Below, in pieces: positions 1 through 8,996 of a stretch of DNA of 64,000 nucleotides. The position numbers and the translations under genes were made by a program. This stretch comes from an uncultured delta proteobacterium (GTDB lineage Bacteria > Myxococcota > Kuafuiibacteriia > Kuafuiibacteriales > Kuafuiibacteriaceae): assembly GCA_963803435.1 (NCBI GenBank), contig CAWDML010000005.1, positions 192,001 through 256,000 on the forward strand, given 5' to 3'. The stretch's first letter is position 1, and every line of letters begins with the position of its first letter. A model generated the notes under the pieces. That model ran no database searches. It was not told where the DNA came from and saw nothing but the letters and a program-made list of their open reading frames with translations.

Positions 1-878
1 CCGCCCACGATTTCTCCGCGGTCGGCGGGATGGACGAGGTCAAGCGCGAGCTGATGCAGATCGCCCACAACATCCGCGAGGGCAACACCAAGCGCGTCCC
101 CATGGGGCTCCTGTTCGTGGGGCCGATGGGGACCGGGAAGACGTTCGTGGCCGAGGCCTTCGCGAAGTCGTCGGGGCTGACCGCGATCAAGCTCAAGAAC
201 TTCCGCAGCAAGTGGGTCGGTTCGACCGAGGGCAACCTCGAGAAGATCCTCGCGGTGGTCAAGGCGATCGGCAACATCCTGGTGATCATCGACGAGGGCG
301 ATCGCGCCTTCGGCAGCACCGACGGCGAGGGCGACGGCGGCACCTCCAGCCGCGTGATGGCGCGGATCAAGGAGTTCATGAGCGACACGACCAACCGTGG
401 GCGTGTGCTCTTCGTCTTGATGACGAACCGGCCGGATAAGCTCGACATCGACATCAAGCGCGCCGGTCGCCTGGATAAGAAGATCCCGTTCTTCTACAAC
501 GACCTGCCCGAGGACATCGAGCCGATCATGCTGGCCCAGCTGCGGCGTCACCACATCACGCACGGCCTCGAGTTCCCGCGCGATCGGGAGGCCACCTCGG
601 TGCGCCTCGCCGGGTTCTCGAACGCGGACGTGGAGGCGGTGATCCTCGAGGCCAACGACCTGGCTGCCGAGACCGGCACCAAGGTCACGCCCGAGATCTT
701 CGAGCGCGCGTTCAACGACTACCTGCCCTCGCGGGACCAGGACATGCTCGAGTACATGGAGTTGCTGGCGGTGTTCGAGGCCTCCAGCCGCTCGATGTTG
801 CCGGTGCGCTATCAAGGGATCACGCTCCCAGAGCTGCAGGAGCGACTGAGGCTCCTCCGGGCCAAGACGGGCCGCTGA
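1..878 (+). CDS. AAA+ ATPase (5'-truncated by window edge)
   Basis: Frame open from position 3 ([14 protein letters not shown]); Walker A GPMGTGKT, Walker [24 protein letters not shown]. Confidence 0.9.
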   Translation, partial: AHDFSAVGGMDEVKRELMQIAHNIREGNTKRVPMGLLFVGPMGTGKTFVAEAFAKSSGLTAIKLKNFRSKWVGSTEGNLEKILAVVKAIGNILVIIDEGDRAFGSTDGEGDGGTSSRVMARIKEFMSDTTNRGRVLFVLMTNRPDKLDIDIKRAGRLDKKIPFFYNDLPEDIEPIMLAQLRRHHITHGLEFPRDREATSVRLAGFSNADVEAVILEANDLAAETGTKVTPEIFERAFNDYLPSRDQDMLEYMELLAVFEASSRSMLPVRYQGITLPELQERLRLLRAKTGR

Positions 879-991
879 CCCGACCGACGAAACAGCGAGC
901 GTTGAACGAACGGGCTCTTACCCGCGTGCGGTAAGGCACATTTGATCCCCAACCTGCGACACTCTCTCGCGGATCGAGGAGGGAACCCAGG

Positions 992-1252
992 ATGGGACTG
1001 TTGGATGGGCTCAAGAACTTGGCTTTCTCGCCGCTCCGCTTGGTCACCCAGGCGGTCGCCGGTGGTGGAGGCGGCGCGCTCACCGCGGACGGGGCGACGG
1101 CGCAGGTGGCGCTGGCGTCGGCGTCCACCCCTCTTCGGTCACCGCTGCATGCGGAGGGCAGCCTCTTCGGCGCCGGCGGATCACCGCAGGCGCAGAGCGG
1201 CGCGCAGGCCGCCATGATGAGCTACCCGACCAACGGCGCTGGAACGTGGTGA
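992..1252 (+). CDS. Small Gly/Ala-rich hypothetical protein (86 aa)
   Basis: GAGGAGG RBS upstream; amphipathic N-terminus MGLLDGLKNLAF; 4 bp gap to next gene. Confidence 0.6.
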   Translation: MGLLDGLKNLAFSPLRLVTQAVAGGGGGALTADGATAQVALASASTPLRSPLHAEGSLFGAGGSPQAQSGAQAAMMSYPTNGAGTW

Positions 1253-1256
1253 CCCC

Positions 1257-1712
1257 ATGAACCACGCGACGACCGCCGAGTGGGTTCAACAGCGCATGGA
1301 GGCGATCTTTCGCAGGTATCCGAAGGCGCAGGTCGATCGTGCGTACCCGGTCATGCTCCTCTTGATGGCGCGCGACTTCGGGCTCGACAACCTGGAGACG
1401 CCGCTTCGAGAGCGCGTGCTGACGCTCCTCGCCAACATCGGCGTGTACGAAGGCATGCCGGACGGCGAGGTCAAGTTCCGCATCACGCGGTTCGTCACGT
1501 GCCTCGAGGTCAACGAGCAGATCCTGTCCGATCTGAAAGAGGTGTTCGACGAGCACTACGCGGCGCTCGGGGAGAGCTCCGCGAAGAAGTTCATCCGGAA
1601 GGTGCTCCGCCGCACGGGCAACCGGTTCACACCGGACGCGCCGCCCAACATCAAGGGCACCGTCCTCGGTGAAGAGCTCGCTCGGAAGATGAAACGCCCG
1701 ATCCGCGCCTGA
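1257..1712 (+). CDS. Hypothetical helical cytoplasmic protein (151 aa)
   Basis: Protein-like composition, GC3-biased codons, likely co-transcribed with 992-1252. Confidence 0.7.
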   Translation: MNHATTAEWVQQRMEAIFRRYPKAQVDRAYPVMLLLMARDFGLDNLETPLRERVLTLLANIGVYEGMPDGEVKFRITRFVTCLEVNEQILSDLKEVFDEHYAALGESSAKKFIRKVLRRTGNRFTPDAPPNIKGTVLGEELARKMKRPIRA

Positions 1713-1803
1713 CGCGAAGCGTTAACCCTCGGGCATGAGGGTGTACGCTCGGTTTGGGCTTGACCCCTCCGAAATCTCGGGCAAACGAATTCGGCCTGTT
1801 AGC

Positions 1804-4290
1804 ATGCGACGAGGCCGACAGGAGTCGGCCGAGACGAGTTCGATCGTGCCGCCGAACCGATCCACGTTCGGGAAGTACGTACTTCTACGAAAGCTCGCCT
1901 CTGGCGGCATGGGGGAGATCTTTCTCGCGAAGCAGCGGGGCCCGTCGGGCTTCGAGAAGCTGCTGGTGATCAAGCGGATCCTCTCGCACCACCTCGACAA
2001 GAAGGACTACCTCGACATGTTCTTCTCCGAGGCGAAGCTGGTCGCCCGGCTCAACCACAACAACATCATCCAGATCCACGAGATGGGCGAGATCGATGGC
2101 GATTACTACATCGCCATGGAGTACGTCCGCGGGAAGTCGCTCCGGGACATCATCGACGAGCTCCGCGCGGAGGGCCGCAAGCTCCCGCTCCCCCACGTCA
2201 TCGATCTGGCGATGAAGCTGTGCGACGGCCTCGGCTACGCGCACCAGGCCCGCGACATCCGCGGTCACCCGATGAACATCGTCCATCGCGACATCAACCC
2301 GCACAACATCCTGATCTCGTACACCGGGGACCTGAAGCTCATCGACTTCGGCATCGCCAAGTCGGAGATGACCTCGGTCCACACGGCGACCGGCACGATC
2401 AAGGGCAAGTTCGTCTACATGTCGCCGGAGCAATCGGCGGCCGATCCCATCGACCGGCGGAGCGACATCTTCAGCCTGGGCATCGTCATCTACGAGATGT
2501 GCTGCCTGGAGAACCCGTTCGTGCGGCAGAACGTGGTGCTGTCGCTGGAGGCGATCCAGCGGCACGACGTGGCGCCCCCGTCGAGCAAGCGCGCCGATGC
2601 CGCTCCGCTCGACACCATCCTGATGCGGGCCCTGGCGAAGAAGCCCGAGGATCGCTTCCAGACGGCGATCGAGATGCGCGACGAGCTGCGCGCCCTCTTC
2701 CGGCTCAGCGCGGTCTCGCCGGCCGAAGAGGATCTCTCGGGATTCCTCCACGATCTCTTCTCCGCGGACATCGAGGAGGAGGACCGGCTCCTCGCCGAGG
2801 CGGATCAGGCCACCTCGACGCCCGCGGAGGAAGCGGACAGCGGCCTGATCGCGGCCACGCTGAAGCCGAAGGTCCCGTCGCAGAAGATCCAGATGGAGCC
2901 GCCGCCGGCGTCCCGGACGCCCGAGCCCGTCACCACCAGCCCGTTCGCCGATGAGGAGCCGACGCTGTCGGGCAACCTCGACGAGTACGCGGAGCGGTCC
3001 CGGGAGATCAGTCAGGTGAGCGGCGAGATCAACCGACCGGCCAGCCTGCTCGACGATGAGCTGCCCGAGGTGCACACCCAATCGGATCGCATCCCCAACA
3101 CCAACGGCTCGGTCGGCCGGTCGGACGCGATCGAGCTGGGGCCGGACGGCCTGCCGCTCCCCGGCGCGATCTCGCCGGGACTGATGGCGTCGCTGGCGCC
3201 CCGCGAGTCAGGGGAGATCCTGTCGATTCCGCCCTCCGCGTCCGACTCCTCCGCGCCGCAGCGGCCGCACGTGCCTCGGCCCGGCGCCATCGAGGCCCAG
3301 CTCGCCGACGACGCCGGTGTCTCGCCGTTTGCCGAGCCGCTCACCGGGCTGGAGCCGACCCGCGAGATGAAGAAGGGCGAGTCGCTGCTGGATCCGCAGC
3401 CGCGCCCTCAGCATCAATACATCACCGACGAGGACAGCGCGGGCGCGTTCACGCCGCCTCCCCGCTGGAAGCGCAGCCTGCGCCTCGCGATCTACCTGCT
3501 GGTCCTGGTCGTCACCACGGTGGCCGGGTTCGTGGCGACGCGCGCGGTGATCGGTCCCCGGGACGAGCCGACCGAGACCCCGATCGATCCCATCGCGCCC
3601 ATCGCGGACGATGATCCGCCGTCCGACCACGATCCACCGCAGCTGGGTCAGCCCGCCGACGAGGTCATCGAGGTGATCGAGGAGCCGCCGCCCCCGGCCC
3701 CGCCGCCGTCGCGCGTGGTCGTCCCGCGCAACGATCACGAGGACGAGGACTCGAACAATCCGAGGTCGAAGAGGAAGAAGAAGAAGAAGAAGAAGGACCG
3801 AGAGAAGGAGAAGGAGCACACGAAGGAGCGGGTCAAGTCTCCGCCTCCGCCTCCGCCCCCGCCCCCGCCCCCGCCCCCGCCCCCGGAGGTGAAGCACCGC
3901 GTGATCACACCGGACGAGCCGCCGGAGGAGACCGTTCGTCTCGGTGCGCTCACCGTGCGCGCCTCGGTCGGTGTGAAGGTCGAGCTCGACGGGCGGGCGC
4001 AGGGCAGCTCGCCGGCGACGATCCAGGTGCACCGCAGCTCGGGCCGGATCAAGCTGTACGGTGACGACGTGCCGTACGCGGTGGTGTTGATCTACGAGGT
4101 CAAGGACAGCGGTGTCTCGGTGAAGGTCGACGCTTCCCCGTGGGCGATCGTGAAGTACAACGGCCTGGCCATGGGACGGACGCCGCAGGGGCCGGTCGAC
4201 TCCGGGCTGCGCCATCGCTTCTCGCTGCTTCGACCCGGGCAGGACGATCCGTTCGTCGTCTCTCTCCTCTGGACGCCCAAGAAACCGTGA
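1804..4290 (+). CDS. Membrane Ser/Thr protein kinase with Pro/Lys-rich linker and C-terminal PEGA-like region
   Basis: ASGGMG loop, LVIK, HRDINPHN, DFG, GKFVYMSPEQ; TM LAIYLLVLVVTTVAGFVA; start uncertain (1735/1804/1846). Confidence 0.92.
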   Translation: MRRGRQESAETSSIVPPNRSTFGKYVLLRKLASGGMGEIFLAKQRGPSGFEKLLVIKRILSHHLDKKDYLDMFFSEAKLVARLNHNNIIQIHEMGEIDGDYYIAMEYVRGKSLRDIIDELRAEGRKLPLPHVIDLAMKLCDGLGYAHQARDIRGHPMNIVHRDINPHNILISYTGDLKLIDFGIAKSEMTSVHTATGTIKGKFVYMSPEQSAADPIDRRSDIFSLGIVIYEMCCLENPFVRQNVVLSLEAIQRHDVAPPSSKRADAAPLDTILMRALAKKPEDRFQTAIEMRDELRALFRLSAVSPAEEDLSGFLHDLFSADIEEEDRLLAEADQATSTPAEEADSGLIAATLKPKVPSQKIQMEPPPASRTPEPVTTSPFADEEPTLSGNLDEYAERSREISQVSGEINRPASLLDDELPEVHTQSDRIPNTNGSVGRSDAIELGPDGLPLPGAISPGLMASLAPRESGEILSIPPSASDSSAPQRPHVPRPGAIEAQLADDAGVSPFAEPLTGLEPTREMKKGESLLDPQPRPQHQYITDEDSAGAFTPPPRWKRSLRLAIYLLVLVVTTVAGFVATRAVIGPRDEPTETPIDPIAPIADDDPPSDHDPPQLGQPADEVIEVIEEPPPPAPPPSRVVVPRNDHEDEDSNNPRSKRKKKKKKKDREKEKEHTKERVKSPPPPPPPPPPPPPPPEVKHRVITPDEPPEETVRLGALTVRASVGVKVELDGRAQGSSPATIQVHRSSGRIKLYGDDVPYAVVLIYEVKDSGVSVKVDASPWAIVKYNGLAMGRTPQGPVDSGLRHRFSLLRPGQDDPFVVSLLWTPKKP
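3775..3885 (+). repeat. Simple coding repeats (AAG)n and (CCGCCY)n encoding poly-Lys and poly-Pro
   Basis: Directly visible in sequence. Confidence 0.8.
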
Positions 4291-4874
4291 AGCGCTTCGC
4301 CCCGCTCCTGACGATCCTCGCCTTCGGCGGCGAGGCGTTCGCAGAAGGCGATACCGAGCCGCCCGTGATCACGCATGTTCGGATCGCGAACGCTCCGATC
4401 AACCAGCCGATCGCCGTGCGGGCGCGGATCGAGGATGCGAGCGAGGTCTTCGCGCCCTCGGTGTATGTGCGCGCGGTCGGCTCCGAGATGTTCGACAACA
4501 TCCCGATGACGAAGGTCGAGGACGGCTACCAGGCGATCATCCCCGCCGAGCAGGTCACGCAGGCGATCGAGTACTTCATCGAGGCGTTCGACGAGCAGGG
4601 CAACGGGCCGGCCCGCGAAGGGACGCCGGAGCAGCCGATCCGGGTGCTGGTGTTCGATCCGAAGAGCGGACCGCCGCCGCCCGGTGGTGGGCCTCCGCCG
4701 CCTCCTCCCGCCGGCGGAGGAGGAGGCGTCGCCACCAAGTGGTGGTTCTGGACGATCATCGTCGGCGTGGTGGTCGTCGGCGCGGGGACCGGGATCGTGC
4801 TGGCGACGCGGGCGGGACCGGTGGGTTCGGTCGACGTCGAGGTCCATGGACCCGATCCGACGAGCGGCCTCTAG
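4287..4874 (+). CDS. Exported protein with Ig-like domain and C-terminal TM anchor (KWWFWT motif)
   Basis: GTG overlaps kinase TGA (GTGA); signal peptide ending AFA; DTEPPVITH start; TM after KWWFW. Confidence 0.8.
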   Translation: MKRFAPLLTILAFGGEAFAEGDTEPPVITHVRIANAPINQPIAVRARIEDASEVFAPSVYVRAVGSEMFDNIPMTKVEDGYQAIIPAEQVTQAIEYFIEAFDEQGNGPAREGTPEQPIRVLVFDPKSGPPPPGGGPPPPPPAGGGGGVATKWWFWTIIVGVVVVGAGTGIVLATRAGPVGSVDVEVHGPDPTSGL

Positions 4875-4882
4875 GAGGGATC

Positions 4883-5338
4883 ATGCGGGGACCCTGCTTC
4901 TTTATCCTGGTATGCGCGCTCGGTTGCGGCGGTGATCCCGGCGTGGCGGCGCACATCGCGTTCCAGGCCCACGCGGTGGTGGCGTGCAACGCTGGTGATC
5001 CGCCGCTGAAGGCTCGGCTGCAGGCGAGCGGCGTCGACGGCTTCTGCCCGCTTCAGGTGGGCGGCGATCGAATGGTGACCGGGACCTGCTTCGACGTTCC
5101 GGCCAAGGCGGTGCGTGCGTTCCGCCTGATCTACTACGCGACCTACGATCGGGACTATGAGCTGGCGGTGGCCGCCCAGACGCTCGACCTCACCGATGAG
5201 ACCCGGAAGACCGTGGTGCTCGACTTCCCCGCCGACTCGCTCGATACGAATCGAGACGACGACGGGGACGGCTTCATCAACCTGGTCGAGTTCTGCTGCG
5301 GCAGCCACCCCGGCATCAACGCCGAGACGTGCCCGTGA
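4883..5338 (+). CDS. Putative lipoprotein with C-terminal Ca-binding-like DxDGDG motif
   Basis: AGGAGG RBS; lipobox ALGC; DDDGDGFINLVE. Confidence 0.75.
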   Translation: MRGPCFFILVCALGCGGDPGVAAHIAFQAHAVVACNAGDPPLKARLQASGVDGFCPLQVGGDRMVTGTCFDVPAKAVRAFRLIYYATYDRDYELAVAAQTLDLTDETRKTVVLDFPADSLDTNRDDDGDGFINLVEFCCGSHPGINAETCP

Positions 5339-5347
5339 GGGAGAGGA

Positions 5348-6017
5348 TCAGCGGACGTTGTTCAGCGCGTTCTTCGCGGCGTCGTGCTTGGTCTTCATGA
5401 TGTTGGAGACCAGGTTGAACTGCCGCGTATCGATCTGAATCTTCTCCTGCAGCTGCAGGTACTGCAGGTTGAAGCTGGCCTGGAACTCGGCCATCTGCTT
5501 CGTCGCGCTCATCATCTGGTTGAACGCGTCGGAGGCGCCGGTGTTGTCGGTCGCGCCCGAGAAGTTCGAGGCCGGCTGATCGAGGTTCGTGCTGAGGCCG
5601 GGACGGGCCCCCGGGATCGCGAGCGTGCCGTTGTTGAAGTTGCCCGGGGCCACGCCGGCGCCGCCGCCCACGTTGCTGCCGAGGCCCGAGCCCGGAGCCG
5701 TGAGGCCGGACGCGGTCGAATCCGTAGACCGCCCCTCCGCTGCCACCGGCGCCGGAGTAGGAGCCGCCGCGCCCGACGTTCGCTCCCCCGACGCCGCCGC
5801 CGGAGATGGCGTTGGTGGCGCCGGCGAGCGCGGCCGAGATGATCGCGCCGCCCGGGACGAAGGGCGCGGCGACCTGCATGCCCTGGAGGACCACGTCGCC
5901 GGTCCGGATCAGGCCGTTGCGCATGACCGAGCCGAAGTCGGTCTTCGGGGTCTGCCGGGTCGTGGTGGCGACGGTGGAGAGGCGGATGCTGCTCTGGCGG
6001 ACTTTCTGGTTCTCCAT
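5348..6017 (-). CDS. T3SS needle (SctF)-like protein with long Gly-rich N-terminal extension; one apparent frameshift at ~5720
   Basis: Removing one base at GATTC (5718-5722) joins ORFs 5316-6017 and 5348-5746 into ~222 aa; C-terminus FNLQYLQLQEKIQ..RQFNLVSNIMKTKHDAAKNALNNVR resembles the needle-protein SNxxK...NxR pattern. Confidence 0.65.
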
Positions 6018-6094
6018 GACTCTTTCCTTCGACCGAGGCTCCTGACGACGACGACAAAGGCTCCCCTTTTGTCACATCCTCGATTCGTCGTTCG

Positions 6095-6121
6095 TTATCG
6101 GCGGGCGCACGAGGGCGTTGC
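6095..6121 (-). promoter_or_regulatory. Sigma28 (FliA)-type promoter GCAAC-N14-GCCGATAA
   Basis: Perfect GCCGATAA -10 box 77 bp upstream of the needle-like ATG; same -35 pentamer as the site at 8416. Confidence 0.75.
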
Positions 6122-6156
6122 GTGAAAAAACGCCTCTCACCTGAACGTACAGTGGA

Positions 6157-6498
6157 CTACTCGGAGCCGGTGCGGGCCTTGAGGGCTTCTTTGGTCGCGA
6201 AGAGGTACTCCATCAGGTCAGCGCAGCGCTCGTAGGCAATCATGGCCTTCTTGGCCGCGCCCTTCACCTTGGGGTCGTTCCCGCCGACCAGGCCCTCCAG
6301 CCGCTCGTAGGCGGGGCGGAGGGTCTCGGCCAGGTCGTCGATGCTCCCCTCCTCGAGGTGGCGCTCAATCGTTGGAAAACCGACGCTGGGGCTGGGCTCG
6401 GGCTCGGTCTGGGCCACGGTACGCTGGAAGGAGCGCACCTCCGGCCGCCGCTTGTCGGCGATCCGAAAGGTCTCGAGGTCCTCGTCCTTCCCGCCCAT
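6157..6498 (-). CDS. Small helical hypothetical protein of the T3SS-like cluster (113 aa)
   Basis: Clean ORF; amphipathic helices (AYERLEGL...AKKAMIAYERCADLMEYL). Confidence 0.7.
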   Translation of the reverse strand: MGGKDEDLETFRIADKRRPEVRSFQRTVAQTEPEPSPSVGFPTIERHLEEGSIDDLAETLRPAYERLEGLVGGNDPKVKGAAKKAMIAYERCADLMEYLFATKEALKARTGSE

Positions 6499-6605
6499 TC
6501 ACGCGATCTATTTCAGAGCGGTCGAGTCTTCGCAAGTCGGCGGCGTCTGCCCGGAGAAGGCCCCGAAGTGGACGGGGCCGCGCGGGCCGGGCTAAGGTGG
6601 AGTCG

Positions 6606-7019
6606 ATGTCCGACCCGGTGATGGTCGAGGGCTTGATTCCGGTGTCCCAGGGTGAGGTCGGGCTCTTGCTCGAGTCCGGGTACCTTTACCTCGAGATGCA
6701 GAAGTTCAAGGAGGCGGAAGAGATCTTCACCGGGGTCGCCGCCCTCGTGCCCCACAGCGAGGTCCCTCTGATTTGTCTAGGGAACCTCCACTTCAGCCAG
6801 GGCCGGTTCGAGCGCGCCCTCAAGTTTCACAAAGAGGCGCTGAAGAAGAATCCGGAGAGCGCGCTGGCGCAGGCACACATGGGCGAGGCGCTCGTTTTCA
6901 TGAAGAAGAAGAGTGAGGCGAAGACCGCGCTGGAAAAGGCGATCCAGATGGAGCCGGAGGGGGATGCGGCGGCGTTCGCCAGCAGCCTGCTCGACGGCAT
7001 TGCGGCGGGGGTGGTGTAG
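6606..7019 (+). CDS. TPR protein, T3SS chaperone-like (137 aa)
   Basis: GGTGGAG RBS; three TPR motifs; size and context typical of SycD/YscG-type chaperones. Confidence 0.8.
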   Translation: MSDPVMVEGLIPVSQGEVGLLLESGYLYLEMQKFKEAEEIFTGVAALVPHSEVPLICLGNLHFSQGRFERALKFHKEALKKNPESALAQAHMGEALVFMKKKSEAKTALEKAIQMEPEGDAAAFASSLLDGIAAGVV

Positions 7020-7021
7020 CG

Positions 7022-7474
7022 ATGCCGAGGATCGGAGGCAGCGGTGGTCCATTCGTCCCGCCCCAGACGCCCGGGGCGCAACAGACCAACCAGGCCCAGA
7101 ACGCTGGGAAGACGGAGTTCGCCAGCAAGGTCCAGCAATCGGCCACCCAAGGGACGGACGCCGCCCGGACCCAGCAGGCCAAGACGACCCAACAATCGCA
7201 GCTGACCGGGAAGGCCCGCGAGATCGCGCACCGGCTCCAGAACGGTCAGCTCACGCAGAAGGAGGCGACGCGAGAGTTCGTGTCGCTGGTGATCGAGGAG
7301 CGCTTCCCGCAGCTCAAGAAGAAGAAGAAGCGCAAGCAGAAGGACGACGAGAAGGATGACGATCCACAGAGCCAGGAGGAGATGATCGAGGAGGCGGTGA
7401 CCGAGCTGATCGACCGCGACCCCGACCTGGCCAAGCGGCTCCAGACCCAGTTCAAGAAACTGGCAGCGAAGTGA
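7022..7474 (+). CDS. Hypothetical protein, possible FlgM-like anti-sigma factor
   Basis: Disordered Gln-rich N-terminus then KAREIAHRLQNGQL; lies directly upstream of the sigma gene. Confidence 0.65.
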   Translation: MPRIGGSGGPFVPPQTPGAQQTNQAQNAGKTEFASKVQQSATQGTDAARTQQAKTTQQSQLTGKAREIAHRLQNGQLTQKEATREFVSLVIEERFPQLKKKKKRKQKDDEKDDDPQSQEEMIEEAVTELIDRDPDLAKRLQTQFKKLAAK

Positions 7475-7483
7475 TCGAGAGTT

Positions 7484-8443
7484 TTGACAGACGACGTTAA
7501 AGCCAAGATCCCGGGCAAGAAACGCCGCCCCACCCCGGGACAACGACCCGGCCCCAAGCCGGGCGACGACGACGCGATGTCGGCGGAGGACGCAGTGGCG
7601 TCCGACGACGATTCGTCCGAGGAAGCTGCCACGGGCACCGCGACCAAGAGCGACTTCAAGGCCTTGCCGCCGCCGAGCAAGGACATGTCGCAAAAGCAGC
7701 TCGCGGAGCAGTACATGCCGTACGTCCGCTCGATCGCGGGCAAGATCAAGAAGACGCTGTCCAAGGAGATCGAGTTCGACGACCTGGTCGCCTACGGGAT
7801 GATCGGCCTGTTCGAGGCCGCCGATCGCTACGACGCCAAGTACGGCGCCAACTTCATGACCTTCGCGTACTACCGGATCCGCGGCGCCATCTACGACGGC
7901 CTGCGCGGGATGGGGTGGGTGAGCCGGACCGAGTACCAGCGCTACCGGTTCGAGGCCCACGCGAACCAGTACCTCAACAACGTGCACGAGCAAGGGCTGG
8001 GCACGCCGGCCAACGTGAAGAAGACCACCGACGACGAGATCGGCGAGCTGGCCAACGTGGTCGAGGGACTGGTCACGATCTACGTCACCGCGCTCGACGC
8101 GATGGAAGGGTTCCAGATCAAGGACGATCGGGGGCCGACCATCGAGGAGTCGATGGAGGTGATGCAGGCGCGGAAGCTCGTGGCCGAGGCGGTGCAGAAG
8201 CTGCCGGAGCAGGAGCGAAAGCTCCTGGAGCTGTACTACTACAAGGAGCTCTCGCTCGAAGAAGTCGGGAAACACCTGGGGCTGTCGAAGTCCTGGACCA
8301 GCCGACTGCATACCCGGGCGATCGAGAAGCTCGGGAGATTGCTCAGGGATCTGGTCAGCGAGTACCAGGACGAGGGCGGTGCGGCGGCCAAGAGCAAGGC
8401 GTCTGCACGATCCCCGCAACCGACGGGGCCGCCGGGCCGATAA
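7484..8443 (+). CDS. fliA: FliA/WhiG-family (sigma28) RNA polymerase sigma factor
   Basis: Region 2 DDLVAYGMIGLFEAADRYD...FMTFAYYRIRGAIYDGLR..GW; region 4 LPEQERKLLELYYYKELSLEEVGKHLGLSKSWTSRLH. Confidence 0.9.
   Translation: MTDDVKAKIPGKKRRPTPGQRPGPKPGDDDAMSAEDAVASDDDSSEEAATGTATKSDFKALPPPSKDMSQKQLAEQYMPYVRSIAGKIKKTLSKEIEFDDLVAYGMIGLFEAADRYDAKYGANFMTFAYYRIRGAIYDGLRGMGWVSRTEYQRYRFEAHANQYLNNVHEQGLGTPANVKKTTDDEIGELANVVEGLVTIYVTALDAMEGFQIKDDRGPTIEESMEVMQARKLVAEAVQKLPEQERKLLELYYYKELSLEEVGKHLGLSKSWTSRLHTRAIEKLGRLLRDLVSEYQDEGGAAAKSKASARSPQPTGPPGR
8416..8443 (+). promoter_or_regulatory. Sigma28-type promoter GCAAC-N15-GCCGATAA overlapping the sigma stop codon
   Basis: GCAAC 8416-8420, GCCGATAA 8436-8443 (its TAA is the stop codon); 45 bp upstream of ATG 8489. 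Confidence 0.7.
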
Positions 8444-8488
8444 TCTCGAACCAGGAGTCGTCCGGAGTGCGAAGGAGAGGAAGCCTTT

Positions 8489-8977
8489 ATGAGTGATCCG
8501 CTGTCCAGCGGCGCGGGAAAAGTCGCCGAAGAGATGATGAAAGAGGTGGCGAAGGCCATCCAGCAGCAAGAGCAGATCGCCCAGACGAACGAGACGCCGA
8601 ACGTCGAGTTCCAGCAACGGATGATGGAGGTCCAGCTCAACCAGGTCCAAGAGGTCAAGATCCAGCCCGACAGCGCCACTGCGATCCGCATCGGCGTGAA
8701 CGCGAATCGCACGCCGGAGGTACCGGCGATCGGGCAGGCGATCGACACCAAGCCGATGATGAGCGGGCTGCACCGGATCCTCGAGGACGTGATGCAGGGG
8801 CAGAACAAGCTCGAGGAGATCATCGGGCTCGCCCTGTCCGGACGGAACTTCAGCACCCCCGAGCTCCTGGCGCTCCAGGCCGGCGTCTACCGGTTCACGC
8901 AGGAGCTCGAGCTCACCTCGAAGGTCGTCGAGAAGGCGACCGCCACGATCAAGCAGACGATGAACACGCAGGTCTGA
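8489..8977 (+). CDS. T3SS inner-rod (SctI/YscI/HrpB2)-like protein
   Basis: C-terminus ELLALQAGVYRFTQELELTSKVVEKATATIKQTMNTQV matches the inner-rod C-terminal pattern; GGAGAGG RBS. Confidence 0.75.
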   Translation: MSDPLSSGAGKVAEEMMKEVAKAIQQQEQIAQTNETPNVEFQQRMMEVQLNQVQEVKIQPDSATAIRIGVNANRTPEVPAIGQAIDTKPMMSGLHRILEDVMQGQNKLEEIIGLALSGRNFSTPELLALQAGVYRFTQELELTSKVVEKATATIKQTMNTQV

Positions 8978-8996
8978 GTCGCTACACTCGGGACCC

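Noticed and set aside
7484-8443. Flagellar gene cluster implied by fliA
   Set aside because: No flagellin, hook or motor genes in the window; neighbours are injectisome-like
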